This document shows positions 1 through 11,697 of a stretch of 58,682 nucleotides of DNA, in pieces. Every line of letters begins with the position of its first letter. Position 1 is the first letter of the stretch. Under the pieces are notes generated by a model. That model was given only the letters and a program-made list of their open reading frames with translations. It was not told where the DNA came from and ran no database searches. The position numbers and the translations under genes were made by a program. The DNA comes from an uncultured Chloroflexia bacterium (lineage in GTDB: Bacteria > Chloroflexota > Limnocylindria > Limnocylindrales > CSP1-4): positions 1 through 58,682 of the forward strand of contig CAVYIM010000002.1 of NCBI GenBank assembly GCA_963768655.1, in the 5' to 3' direction.

Positions 1-2119
<2,119 letters not shown>

Positions 2120-2452
2120 GGGGGGTTAGCGACTCCTTCTCTGAGGGCACGATTGAGCGCGGCGGGACGGCGCGCCTCCGGGCTTGGGGCCCGCATCCGA
2201 CAGGTAGTTGCATACTCGGGCCGGGCGGAGTGTATCAACGGCCCGAATGGGGGGTCAAACTGCGGAAGGACTCCCGGCATATGCAGTCACCGCCGCCGAC
2301 GCGGGGCGAATGGCCCCGTCGACTCGGGACGTATGGCCCGATCGACTCCGCCACTCCGGCGCGCGGCTCCACGACGGCGGCGCGCCGCCGTGAGCCTCAC
2401 CAACTGGAACGGCAGACGACGCCGCTGCGGCGACCGGGAAGGAAGGACGCCG

Positions 2453-4534
2453 CTACGGCAGCCAGCGCGGGTAGGCGCCGTCCGTGGCCAGTTGCGTCAG
2501 GCCTGAGCCGTTGGTCCCGACGACCCAGATCCCCCCGGAGGCCGTCGGGTCCTTTGACTCGAAGCGCCCAAAGACGATGAGCGAGCCGCCGGGTGAGAAG
2601 GATGGAGAGCCGTCGCTCCAGGTCGGATCGGTGGTCAGCGTGCTGGACATCGCCGCGCCGCCCGAAGAGGCGAAGTCCAGGTCCGTCGATCCGTCCGCGT
2701 TGCGGACGGCGAACGCCACGCTTCCGTTCACCGCAACCGTCAGGTCACCTGCCGCCGCGCCTACCCTGGTCGTGACGCCCCCGCTCGTGACCTGGTAGCA
2801 GGACCACGTGGCGCCGCCGTCGGTGCTGGCGACGACGTAGAAGACGTTGCTCTGCGAATCCCAGATAGGCCGCGAATTGCCCATGAGCCCCAGCACCACC
2901 GGTTTGTTGGCCCCGGTCAGGTCCACCAGCTCGACCGCGCTATCGACCCCACGCACGAAGAGCATCGTGTTTCCGTCCGCGGAGAAAGCGGCCCGGGGCG
3001 CCCAGGACGACTCCCCCGGCGAGCCCGTCAGTTCATCCCCAAGGAGCGCGACGCTGCCGAGACCCGGCGCGCCGTCAGGAGATACCTGGCTGGGGTCGGC
3101 GCCGGAGATGATCGGGATTCGCCAGTAGCCCTGATCGGCGCCGGTGGCGTCGCGCCGTCCGACGACGATAGCGGTTCCGTCCGGGGTGAACTCGGGCGCG
3201 TAGTCGAACGAGCCGGCCGGGGTGATCACGTGCATGTTGCTGCCATCGATCGACATCCGTTTGACCACGCCGCCGGCCGCGTAAGCGATCGTATTCCCGT
3301 CACCGCTGACGTCGAAGCCGCTCACCGGCACGAGCTCGTCGGTGACCTGGCGCTGGTTCGAGCCATCGGGGTTCATCAGCCACACGTTGGCGACTCCCCC
3401 TCGATCGGACAGGTAGACGATCTGGTTCGAGGCGCTCGTCGAAGGTTCGCCGGTGGTGAAGGTCCACGATTCGGCAGTGGCCGCCTGGCCATCGGTGCGC
3501 AGGACGTTCGAGCTCATCGAGGCCGTATACGTCGTGTGGGGGGCCAGCGGGGAGTCCGGAGTGAAGAGCAGCACGTTGTTGCCCGGGGCAGCCGGCGAAG
3601 CAGCGAGCTGAGTCGGCGTGGGCGACGCGGTCACGGAAGGCTGGCGGTCGTCCGGAAGCGTCACGACCTGGACCTGCCCGCTGACCGGCGGCGTCAGGTG
3701 GATTGCGTCGGTGATCGACGCAGGGTCGATCGGGCCGTCGAAGATCACCGCTATCGGGCTTCGGACGCTGACGCCGGCGACGTTGGCGGCGGGGATCAGC
3801 GCGTTGACCCTCAGCCCCATCCCAACAGTCGTGAAGGTGGACACGTAGGGTGCGAGCGGCGTCCCATCAGTGTCGACGGCCGGATCGCCGAGCTTGATCG
3901 CGTAGGTCGTCGAGAATGAGAGGGGGTTGTCGGGCACGATCGTGAGCGTCGGGCCGTTCCAGGTCGCGGTGTACGGCGCGTCCGGCGTGATCGTCAGGCC
4001 ATCCAGCACCTTCTGGGGGTCCATGTCTCCGTCGAAGGTGATCTGGATCGCGGTGTCGACCGGGACCGCCGCTGCATCGACCGCCGGCACGACCGAAGCG
4101 ACGGTCGGACGCCCGACGGTCGTGAAGGTCAAGTCCTGGCTCTTGCCCTGGCTGTTGCCCGCAACATCCTGGACTCCCGGCGCCATGTGAACCGTGAAGG
4201 TGGTCGAAAGAGGTAATTTGGCGGAAGGAGTGAGGACCAGCGTCAGACCTTGCCAGTGGGGCGAGACCGCGACATTCGGGCTGATCGAGAAGGCGGCCTC
4301 GGCGGTCTGGGGTCTGACCTTCTCGCTGAATACGATGTCGATCGACGTCAGCGGCAGGGCGAGATTGCTGCCTTTCTCGGTCGCAGTCAGCTTGATCTGG
4401 TAGGTCGGGGGCACTCGATCGACGGCCGTCGCGTTGTAGAGGACGACCGCCACCAGGGCCAGGCCCGCGATCGGAGCTAGCGCTCTGATGAACCGACCGC
4501 TGCTCAGCCAGCCCAATCGGTCATGAACATCCAC
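2453..4534 (-). CDS. Secreted/anchored protein with three bacterial Ig-like (Big_5-type) domains and a C-terminal TolB-like/PD40 beta-propeller
   Basis: N-terminal hydrophobic helix; three repeats of the pattern I.I.F...../P...L...TTY; propeller motifs VWLMNPDGSNQRQVT, PEFTPDG, PSFSPGG, GAYPRWLP. Start re-set to GTG 4534 because the ORF-track extension overlaps lepB. Confidence 0.75.
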   Translation of the reverse strand: MDVHDRLGWLSSGRFIRALAPIAGLALVAVVLYNATAVDRVPPTYQIKLTATEKGSNLALPLTSIDIVFSEKVRPQTAEAAFSISPNVAVSPHWQGLTLVLTPSAKLPLSTTFTVHMAPGVQDVAGNSQGKSQDLTFTTVGRPTVASVVPAVDAAAVPVDTAIQITFDGDMDPQKVLDGLTITPDAPYTATWNGPTLTIVPDNPLSFSTTYAIKLGDPAVDTDGTPLAPYVSTFTTVGMGLRVNALIPAANVAGVSVRSPIAVIFDGPIDPASITDAIHLTPPVSGQVQVVTLPDDRQPSVTASPTPTQLAASPAAPGNNVLLFTPDSPLAPHTTYTASMSSNVLRTDGQAATAESWTFTTGEPSTSASNQIVYLSDRGGVANVWLMNPDGSNQRQVTDELVPVSGFDVSGDGNTIAYAAGGVVKRMSIDGSNMHVITPAGSFDYAPEFTPDGTAIVVGRRDATGADQGYWRIPIISGADPSQVSPDGAPGLGSVALLGDELTGSPGESSWAPRAAFSADGNTMLFVRGVDSAVELVDLTGANKPVVLGLMGNSRPIWDSQSNVFYVVASTDGGATWSCYQVTSGGVTTRVGAAAGDLTVAVNGSVAFAVRNADGSTDLDFASSGGAAMSSTLTTDPTWSDGSPSFSPGGSLIVFGRFESKDPTASGGIWVVGTNGSGLTQLATDGAYPRWLP

Positions 4535-4573
4535 AGGGCAGGACGATAGCACAGCCCCTATACTCGCGGACTT

Positions 4574-5188
4574 GTGAAGCACCGATCGCTGGGCTGTCTG
4601 TTCGAGGTGCTCGAGACACTGCTCTTGACCCTCATCGTCTTCCTCGTGATCCAGCTGTTCGTCGCCCAGCCGTACCAGATTCAGCAGCAGTCCATGGAGA
4701 ACACGCTGTTGCCGAATCAGTACGTTCTGGTGGACAAGCTGACCCCCCACTTCGATGACTACCAGCGAGGCGACATCGTCGTCTTCAGCCCGCCGCCGGG
4801 CTGGGCGAGCGACGCCTCGGGGACGCCTTTCATCAAACGGGTCATCGGCGTCGCCGGCGACACCGTCGACATCCACGATGGCTCCGTCTTCGTCAACGGG
4901 ACGAAGCTCGACGAGCCTTACGTCTACGACGGCCAGCCTACCGTGCCAGCCGATCCGAACAACCACATCTGGAAGATCGCGGCCGGGCAGCTCTTCGTCC
5001 TGGGCGACCACCGAGCCGATTCGAAAGACTCACGCTCCTTCGGGCCGATCAACAAGTCGACGGTGATCGGGCGCGCCTGGCTGCGCTACTGGCCGTTCGA
5101 CCAGTTCGGCGTCCTGCCTTCTGCCACGCAACCCGCGGCTTCGACTGGATCGCCGCCGCCCGCCGCCTCGCCGACGACGAAACCATGA
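4574..5188 (+). CDS. lepB: Signal peptidase I
   Basis: SMENTL (catalytic Ser), RGDIVVF, FIKRVIGVAGD (catalytic Lys), GDHRADSKDSRSFG boxes; single N-terminal TM helix. Confidence 0.95.
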   Translation: MKHRSLGCLFEVLETLLLTLIVFLVIQLFVAQPYQIQQQSMENTLLPNQYVLVDKLTPHFDDYQRGDIVVFSPPPGWASDASGTPFIKRVIGVAGDTVDIHDGSVFVNGTKLDEPYVYDGQPTVPADPNNHIWKIAAGQLFVLGDHRADSKDSRSFGPINKSTVIGRAWLRYWPFDQFGVLPSATQPAASTGSPPPAASPTTKP

Positions 5189-5225
5189 TGAGCCGGCGCG
5201 TCCCGATCGCCTGCGCCGTCGCGAC

Positions 5226-6161
5226 GTGCTAGACGCGGCGGGGTTCGCCGCCGTGGCCGTCGTGCTTGGTGGCGTTGTCGCCGTAACCGCGCGGGACGGA
5301 CGCGTCGTCGTCCTCGGCCTGATGCTGGCCGCGGTGGTGGCGTCGCTCGTGGCATCGCCGCTTCCCGACTCACTGGCGGTGACGGCGCGCATCCTCGGAG
5401 CGATCCTGGCCGCGTATCTGCTCTGGGCGGCGGCCGGTTCGGGTTCGGTCAACAGCGCCGGATCGGCCATCGGTCTGGTGGCCGAAGGTTCGATCGCAGT
5501 CGCGGCATTCGCGGTCGGCATCGCCGTCAGGCCAGTCGACCCGCTCGCCGGTCCGGTCGAGGCGCAGGCGGCGGGCCTGTCGCTGGTCGCCCTGGCGGTG
5601 GTGCCGCTGGCCGGTCGCGATGTATACCGAATGGGCGTCGGAGTTACGCTGCTCGCGGTCGGCGGCTCGCTGCTGGTGGAAGCCTGGTCGGGGCCCACGT
5701 CCTCTCTCGAGCAGCTGGCCATGGCCACTCTGCTGGTGGGGATCGCCGGCGCCACGAGCCTGCTCATTCCCTCGGCCGAGGCGCTCGAGGAAGAAGAGGT
5801 TGCCGCCGAGGGGGTCGAGGCATCGGGAGCCGGGCTGGCGAGTGGGCGGCTGGTCGCGGCCGGCAGGACGACGGTTGCCCCTGGTCCGGTGCCTCAAGTT
5901 GTCGTCAAACCCGGGCCGGCCGCTCTGCCTGGTTCCCTGGCCGCTCAACCAATCGAACAGGATGCACGGCCCCGGCCGATGACCGCCGACCCCCTCGAGC
6001 CCGACGACTGGCTCGCCTGGGGGGCACCCGAACCCGAGCACACGCGTAGAGTCATGACGCGCCCGGGCCGGCGCCCGCCCGTTCAACCCCCGTCGAACAC
6101 GGAGAAGCCCACGCCGAAGAAGCCGACGCGCTCGCGCCCGAATCTGCACGGCAAGCCATGA
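5226..6161 (+). CDS. Hypothetical polytopic membrane protein with disordered C-terminal tail
   Basis: About 7 hydrophobic segments then a Pro/charged tail; stop overlaps the next ATG (ATGA). Confidence 0.6.
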   Translation: MLDAAGFAAVAVVLGGVVAVTARDGRVVVLGLMLAAVVASLVASPLPDSLAVTARILGAILAAYLLWAAAGSGSVNSAGSAIGLVAEGSIAVAAFAVGIAVRPVDPLAGPVEAQAAGLSLVALAVVPLAGRDVYRMGVGVTLLAVGGSLLVEAWSGPTSSLEQLAMATLLVGIAGATSLLIPSAEALEEEEVAAEGVEASGAGLASGRLVAAGRTTVAPGPVPQVVVKPGPAALPGSLAAQPIEQDARPRPMTADPLEPDDWLAWGAPEPEHTRRVMTRPGRRPPVQPPSNTEKPTPKKPTRSRPNLHGKP

Positions 6162-7978
6162 CCCTCCTCGCGTTCCTGGCCATCTGCGTTGCGGGGATGC
6201 TCCTGACGCTGCTGACGCAGCCATTCGCCGTGCTGTCGCGAGTTGTTGCGATCGCCAGCCTGGCCGCGGCGCTGGCGGCGGCCCTGCTGATGAACCCGAA
6301 CGACTCCGCGACCGTGGGCGAGGTGCAGCTCACCACGACCTGGTTCGTGGGTTTCTTCCTGACGGCCATCGCCGCCAGCAGCCTGCTGCTGTGCCTTGTC
6401 GGGCTCATCACAGGCTGGCCGGAGCGACTCGCGCCCGCGGCACTGGCGGCGCTTGCCGGCATCGGCGTTGCCATCTCGTCAACCGATCCGACCGTCGCCC
6501 TCGTCGCCGCGGCAGCCGCCACCGCGCCCGCCGCCCTCGTGGCCAGTCGCGTGCGGTCGACGCCGCTGGGGACGACGGTAGGCGTGGCAGAGCTGCGGAC
6601 GCTGGCGCTCGTCGCCGTGGCCTCGCTGATGGCCGCGGTCACGATCCTGAATACCAACTGGAACGCCGACGACCCGACCTTCGTGCTGGCCCTGGCATTC
6701 CTGCTCGTGGCCGGCGCAGTCGCCGTCCGGTCCGGCGCCGTGCCGTTCCACGTGCCGGCGGCGTTGCTGAGCCGGAGTGGCGAGGGCCTCGGACTGGCTC
6801 TCTCGCTGGTATGGGTCCCCACCGGCTTCGCGCTGGTCGCGCTGAGCTGGAACGCCAGCATCTTCGGCGTACCGGGGGACTGGCTGGACCGCGCCGTCCT
6901 GGTCGTCCAGGTGGTGGCCGTCGCCACGCTGATCCTCGGCGCGGTGGGGGCGATGCTCCATGACGAGGTCGAAGAGATCGTCGTCTATTCGATCGTCCAG
7001 GACTCGGGCTTCGTTCTGCTTGCTCTGACGGCCCGCAGCGACGACGCTGCCGGCCCGGCCCGACTCTGGCTCCTCGTCTTCGTACTGGCCAAGTCGGCCC
7101 TGATGGCCTGGGCCGCCGCCGTTTCGTGGGCTTTCGAGTCGTCCAACCTGGGCGACCTGCGTGGCTGGCTCCGCCGCTCGCCGATCCTCGGTGTCGCCCT
7201 TGTGGCGATCGTGGCGGCGACGTTAGGGTGGCCCGTCAGTCCGGTGTTCGAGGCGCGCGACACGCTCGTCCAGCTGGGCCTCCCGGACTCGGTGCACTTC
7301 GTCGGGACGGCTGCGATCCTGCTCTCGCTGGCCTACTACGTGCGGCTGCTGGCGATCGGGTCGCTGACGCCGACCGCCACGGTCCGCCGCGCCGGGGGAG
7401 ACTGGCCGCACTGGCCCCGCCTGCCGAGCGCCGCAGACGACACGGCCGAGACGGCGGGCGAGCCGGCGACGATCGAGCCGATGCCGGCGAAGGCCGCCGA
7501 CGCCGCAGCCGGCGCTCCGACGTCCGCGGCTGCCGCGGCCTCCGTCGGGCTGGCCGACTCCGCGGCCTCCGTCGCGGCCGGTGCGGACGCCTCACTGTCC
7601 ATCGGCGGCCCCGCCGAAGGCATACGGCGTCGCCGGCCTCACTTCTCGATCCGCTATCGACTCGGAGTCGCGTGGCGGCTCAACCGGCCGCTCCAGGCGA
7701 GCCTTCTGGTGCTTGCCACGGCCGCAGTGGCCGCGGTCGTCGCCGGCGGTGGGTTCGGAGCATCCGACGCCGCCCAGACCGGCATCACGCTCGACCAGGC
7801 TGCTGCCCCCCTGCCCAACCCGAGCGGGATCGACGTCGGACCACAGCCCACGGCGGAGCCGTCGAACGAGCCGTCGGTGGGACCCACCCTCACGCCCGCA
7901 TCCTCCCCGACTCCGGCGACCAGTCCGCCGCCATCTGCCCCGGCCGCTGCGTCGCCGTCAGCAACCGGCGGCCAGTAG
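6158..7978 (+). CDS. Proton-conducting (NuoN/NuoM/MrpD-like) antiporter-family membrane subunit, divergent
   Basis: Motif echoes: RSGAVPFHVP (cf. K.G..PFH.W.P), EEIVVYSIVQDSGFVLL (cf. KR.LAYSSI...G), LAKSAL, DLRGWLRRSP, TLGWPVSPVFEAR (cf. SL.G.P...GF..K). Confidence 0.7.
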   Translation: MTLLAFLAICVAGMLLTLLTQPFAVLSRVVAIASLAAALAAALLMNPNDSATVGEVQLTTTWFVGFFLTAIAASSLLLCLVGLITGWPERLAPAALAALAGIGVAISSTDPTVALVAAAAATAPAALVASRVRSTPLGTTVGVAELRTLALVAVASLMAAVTILNTNWNADDPTFVLALAFLLVAGAVAVRSGAVPFHVPAALLSRSGEGLGLALSLVWVPTGFALVALSWNASIFGVPGDWLDRAVLVVQVVAVATLILGAVGAMLHDEVEEIVVYSIVQDSGFVLLALTARSDDAAGPARLWLLVFVLAKSALMAWAAAVSWAFESSNLGDLRGWLRRSPILGVALVAIVAATLGWPVSPVFEARDTLVQLGLPDSVHFVGTAAILLSLAYYVRLLAIGSLTPTATVRRAGGDWPHWPRLPSAADDTAETAGEPATIEPMPAKAADAAAGAPTSAAAAASVGLADSAASVAAGADASLSIGGPAEGIRRRRPHFSIRYRLGVAWRLNRPLQASLLVLATAAVAAVVAGGGFGASDAAQTGITLDQAAAPLPNPSGIDVGPQPTAEPSNEPSVGPTLTPASSPTPATSPPPSAPAAASPSATGGQ

Positions 7979-8023
7979 CTCCACGCCGGGCAGCGACGAC
8001 CGCCGCCGAGGAACGCCGGGCCG

Positions 8024-8485
8024 TCAGGTCCTTGGGCCGAGAACCCAGCGGTCGATCTCGCGCCGGTAGGAAACCAGCTCGCCAGCCGCGAACCAGATGC
8101 TCAGCTCCATGGCCGCGCTCTCCGCGCTGTCCGAGGCGTGGACCAGGTTCTGACCCATCTCGACGGCCAGATCGCCGCGGATGGTCCCGGGGGCGGCGTC
8201 GGCGGGCTTGGTCGCGCCGTTCATCGCCCGAACCAGGGCGATCGCGTCCGGACCCTCGAGTGCCGCGGCCACGAGCGGGCCCGAGGTGATGAACGTGACG
8301 AGGCCCTCGAAGAACGGCTTGCCCTTGTGGACGGCGTAATGCCGCTCCGCCAGCTCGCGATCGACCTTGACGAGCTTGAGCCCGATGATCCGCAGCCCGC
8401 GCTCTTCGTAGCGGGCCAGAATCCGACCGACAAGCTGGCGCTGGACACCGTCAGGCTTGACGAGGACGAGAGTGCGCTCGGTCAC
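8024..8485 (-). CDS. ndk: Nucleoside diphosphate kinase
   Basis: ERTLVLVKPDGVQR, HYAVHKGKPFF, PGTIRGD, NLVHASDS. Confidence 0.97.
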   Translation of the reverse strand: MTERTLVLVKPDGVQRQLVGRILARYEERGLRIIGLKLVKVDRELAERHYAVHKGKPFFEGLVTFITSGPLVAAALEGPDAIALVRAMNGATKPADAAPGTIRGDLAVEMGQNLVHASDSAESAAMELSIWFAAGELVSYRREIDRWVLGPRT

Positions 8486-8601
8486 TGGACGAATACCGCT
8501 GCGGTGGATTGATACGACGGGAGTTTAGCCCGGATCATCCGGCCGGCGCCGGCGGGGGGAGCGGGCCGAGCCTGTTGCCTGCGTCTGCCGAAGACCGGAT
8601 C

Positions 8602-10329
8602 TCACTCCCACTTGATCGCGCGCGGTCGCTCGTCCTCGACCCCGCTGGGCGCGGGCGGTGGCTCGGGCGCGGCGGGCACCGGCTCGGGTGGGGGCGCGGG
8701 TGCGGCGGGTGCGGCGGGCTCGGGCGCGGGCGCGGCGGCCTCGGGCGCGGGCGCAGCGGGCACCGGCTCGGGCGCGGGCGCGGAGGCCCCGGGCGCGACT
8801 GCGGCGCCGGATTCGCTCCTGCCCAGTCTGGACGCCACCGAGGCATACGCTTGTCCGGCGCCGGACTCGTTGCCGAGCAGTCGCAACGCATCGCCGCGGA
8901 CCAGCTCCAGGGCCAGGTCGCCCCGCTCGCCGATGCCATCGATCACGGCTCGCGCCGATTCCGGGGACATTCGGAGGGCCACGGCAAAGTGAAGGGCGGC
9001 CATCAGGGCGTCGCCGGACGCAAGCGCCTCCGCGCCGGCATGGATCTCGCCGTCCCACGGGTTGCCGGCGGCCGGCTCGGCCGGCTCGGCCGGCTCGGGT
9101 TCGAGCGTGGGCGCGAGCTGGAGCGGGGGCGTTTCGGCGATCGTAGCAGCCGCAGCGGGGGCTTCCGCCTCAGCCGCCCCGGGCTCGACCGGTTGTTCGA
9201 CCGCAGGCCGGGCAGTGGCTTCGGGTTCCGCAGCGGGGGCTTCCGCCGCGACCGCCCCGGGCTCGACCTCGACCCGGGCGACCGCGGCGGCATCGACTTC
9301 GGGCGCGACCGCGGGCTCGGCGGCCGCTGCCAGCTCGACCGCAGGCTCGGCGGCCGCTGCCATCTCCTCAATCGCGGAGGGCTTGGCCTCGGGTGTGAAC
9401 GCACCCGCTTGCGGCTGGGCCCAAAGGCTGCCAGCTGGGGGCTCGAAGGGCGCCTTGGTCGCCGGCGCAGCCGTAGCCGAGGTCTGGGCATCGGGCGTCG
9501 ACGTCCCGCGAGGGATCGCGATCGGCGCTTTCGTTGTCGACTCCATCACCACCGGCGCCGTCCATGCGCTCTCCGGCCAGCTCATCCGGCGCGGGACCCC
9601 GGCGAAGAACGCGTCGATGTTCGACACGCTCAACTCCAGCGCCCGATCAGCGTGTCGTCGCGCCTCGACGACTCGATTCTCGGCGGCCGCAGCCTCGGCC
9701 GCGATCAGGAAACCCAGAACTTCCTGGCCTTCGGCGGCGAGGTAGCTCACGGCGGCCATCCCGGCGCCAGTCAGGTCGCCCGTGCGCCAGCGCACCTCGG
9801 CCAGATCCAGCGTGGCAGGCACATCCAGCAGATCGTACGCAGCCAGGGCCTCGAACTCCGATCGAGCCTGGAGCAGCGACCCGGTGCGCAGGTGGAGTCG
9901 GGCAAAGCGAATCTGCTCGCCATGATTCGCGGCCGCCGGGCCGCCGGATCGTGCCGGTTCGCGGTTCGCAGCATCCGCTTCCTGCCCTATCTCAACCTCG
10001 GCGCCGATCACGAGCTCCGAGAAGCCGTCTACTGGCTCGGCCCCACCGGCGGGCGCGGCAGATGCCGGGCGGTCGGTTCCGGTCTCATCTCCGCTCGCTC
10101 CGGCAGCCGCCACATCGACCCCGGGTTCGCCTATCGGCTCACCCTCGAGCGCCTCGATGGGCACTCTGACCAGCAGCTCCACGACGTCGTCGTTCGATTG
10201 AGCGGCGATCTCGTCGGGGAGCGGCAGCGCTTCTATCGAGCGGACCTCGGCCCGCAGCCGCTCGGGCGACTGAGACGCTCCCGGCTCCACGACGGGCGAC
10301 CTCCGGCGTGGTCTGGCGCCGTTTCTCAT
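8602..10329 (-). CDS. Hypothetical protein with TPR-like helical segments and Pro/Ala/Glu-rich linkers
   Basis: Helical motifs LDLAEVRWRTGDLTGA and LVRGDALRLLGNESGAGQAY; low-complexity PEPAAP repeats; ATGA coupling to the upstream M16 gene. Confidence 0.65.
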   Translation of the reverse strand: MRNGARPRRRSPVVEPGASQSPERLRAEVRSIEALPLPDEIAAQSNDDVVELLVRVPIEALEGEPIGEPGVDVAAAGASGDETGTDRPASAAPAGGAEPVDGFSELVIGAEVEIGQEADAANREPARSGGPAAANHGEQIRFARLHLRTGSLLQARSEFEALAAYDLLDVPATLDLAEVRWRTGDLTGAGMAAVSYLAAEGQEVLGFLIAAEAAAAENRVVEARRHADRALELSVSNIDAFFAGVPRRMSWPESAWTAPVVMESTTKAPIAIPRGTSTPDAQTSATAAPATKAPFEPPAGSLWAQPQAGAFTPEAKPSAIEEMAAAAEPAVELAAAAEPAVAPEVDAAAVARVEVEPGAVAAEAPAAEPEATARPAVEQPVEPGAAEAEAPAAAATIAETPPLQLAPTLEPEPAEPAEPAAGNPWDGEIHAGAEALASGDALMAALHFAVALRMSPESARAVIDGIGERGDLALELVRGDALRLLGNESGAGQAYASVASRLGRSESGAAVAPGASAPAPEPVPAAPAPEAAAPAPEPAAPAAPAPPPEPVPAAPEPPPAPSGVEDERPRAIKWE

Positions 10330-11603
10330 GCCGCCGCTCCCGGCAGCTTAAGCATCGCTTCCAGACCGCGCCCGCGGGAGCGCGGAGTCACTGCCGTGAG
10401 CCTCAGGAACTCGTCGCGGATCAGACCTTTCGCCAGGGCGTGGATTCCCTCGGCGTTGACGGCCTCCAGCTCGGCCAGCGCCTGGTCGAGCGTGAGAACG
10501 CGATCGTGGAGAGCCTCCTGGCTGCCCAACCACGAGGCGAGATGGCGGGTCTCCTCCATGCGCAGCTCCAGCCGTCCGGCCAGGTAGGCCTTCGAGCGGG
10601 CCAGCTCGTCGGCCGGAACGGGCTCGTCGCGCAGCTGGGCGAACTCGCTCAGGATCGCGCCGATCGCGGGCCTGATCTGCTGGGGGTCGACACCGGCCGA
10701 CACGACCAGGGCCCCGGCGTCGACGTAGTCGACGATGTAGGAGCTGACGTCGTAGGCGAGGCCCTTCTCTTCGCGGACAGACTGAAACAGGCGACTGCTC
10801 ATGCCATCGCCGAGGATGGCGTTAAGAACCTCAAGTGTCCAGGCCCCAGGGTCATCTCTTGGCAACCCAGGCACGCCCAGGCAGAGTTGCGCCTGCGTCG
10901 TCTCGCGTCGAACGACGATGACTCGGTCGCCCGCGGGCAGGACGGGAGCCGGCTCGAAGGCGGACTGGACGGCCTCTCCGGTGCCGAACGCGCGCTCCAC
11001 CAGGGCGACGACTTCCTCGTGTGAGATGTCGCCTGCAGCCGAAACGACCACGTTGCCCGGCCTGTAGGCGCTCGCCCAGAAGGCTCGCAGATTGGCCTGC
11101 GGCAAGGCCCGAACGCTCTCCTCGCTGCCGGCGATCTCGCGCCCGAGCGCCGTGTCGCCGAACATCGCCAGGTCGAAGAGGGTGTGGACGTGCTCACCCG
11201 GATCGTCCAGGTACGAGCGGATCTCCTCGACGATGACGGCCCGCTCCGACTCGATCTCCTCGCTCCGAAGGTGCGGCCGGATGATCAACTCGCCCAGGAC
11301 GTCCATGCCGCGGGCGGCCTCGCGAAGCGGCAGTCGAACCCAGTAGACGGTGGACTCGCGATCCGTCGCCGCATTGAAGCTCCCGCCCACGCCCTCGATC
11401 GCCTCCGAGACGGCGCGGGTAGTGGGATACGCCGCCGTCCCTTTGAAGGTGATGTGCTCCATGAAGTGCGCCGCGCCCGCCTCCTCCGCGGATTCGAGGC
11501 GCGAGCCCGCCAGGACGTATGCGGCTATGGATACGGAACGCGCCCCCGGGAGTCGCGACGTGATGACGCGCGGTCCGGTGGGCAGGGCTGTTCGTTCGTA
11601 CAT
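10326..11603 (-). CDS. M16 (pitrilysin) family zinc peptidase
   Basis: GSRLE, inverted Zn motif HFMEH, NAAT, LGDGMSSRLFQSVREEKGLAY. Confidence 0.95.
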   Translation of the reverse strand: MYERTALPTGPRVITSRLPGARSVSIAAYVLAGSRLESAEEAGAAHFMEHITFKGTAAYPTTRAVSEAIEGVGGSFNAATDRESTVYWVRLPLREAARGMDVLGELIIRPHLRSEEIESERAVIVEEIRSYLDDPGEHVHTLFDLAMFGDTALGREIAGSEESVRALPQANLRAFWASAYRPGNVVVSAAGDISHEEVVALVERAFGTGEAVQSAFEPAPVLPAGDRVIVVRRETTQAQLCLGVPGLPRDDPGAWTLEVLNAILGDGMSSRLFQSVREEKGLAYDVSSYIVDYVDAGALVVSAGVDPQQIRPAIGAILSEFAQLRDEPVPADELARSKAYLAGRLELRMEETRHLASWLGSQEALHDRVLTLDQALAELEAVNAEGIHALAKGLIRDEFLRLTAVTPRSRGRGLEAMLKLPGAAA

Positions 11604-11697
11604 CGAGTCAATGCTAGCGGATGGCAGGGCTCGACCCCTCGCAGAAGAGAAGCGGCCGGCGCTCTCCCGAGCGCCGGCCGCGGCGATCCCGATGGGA

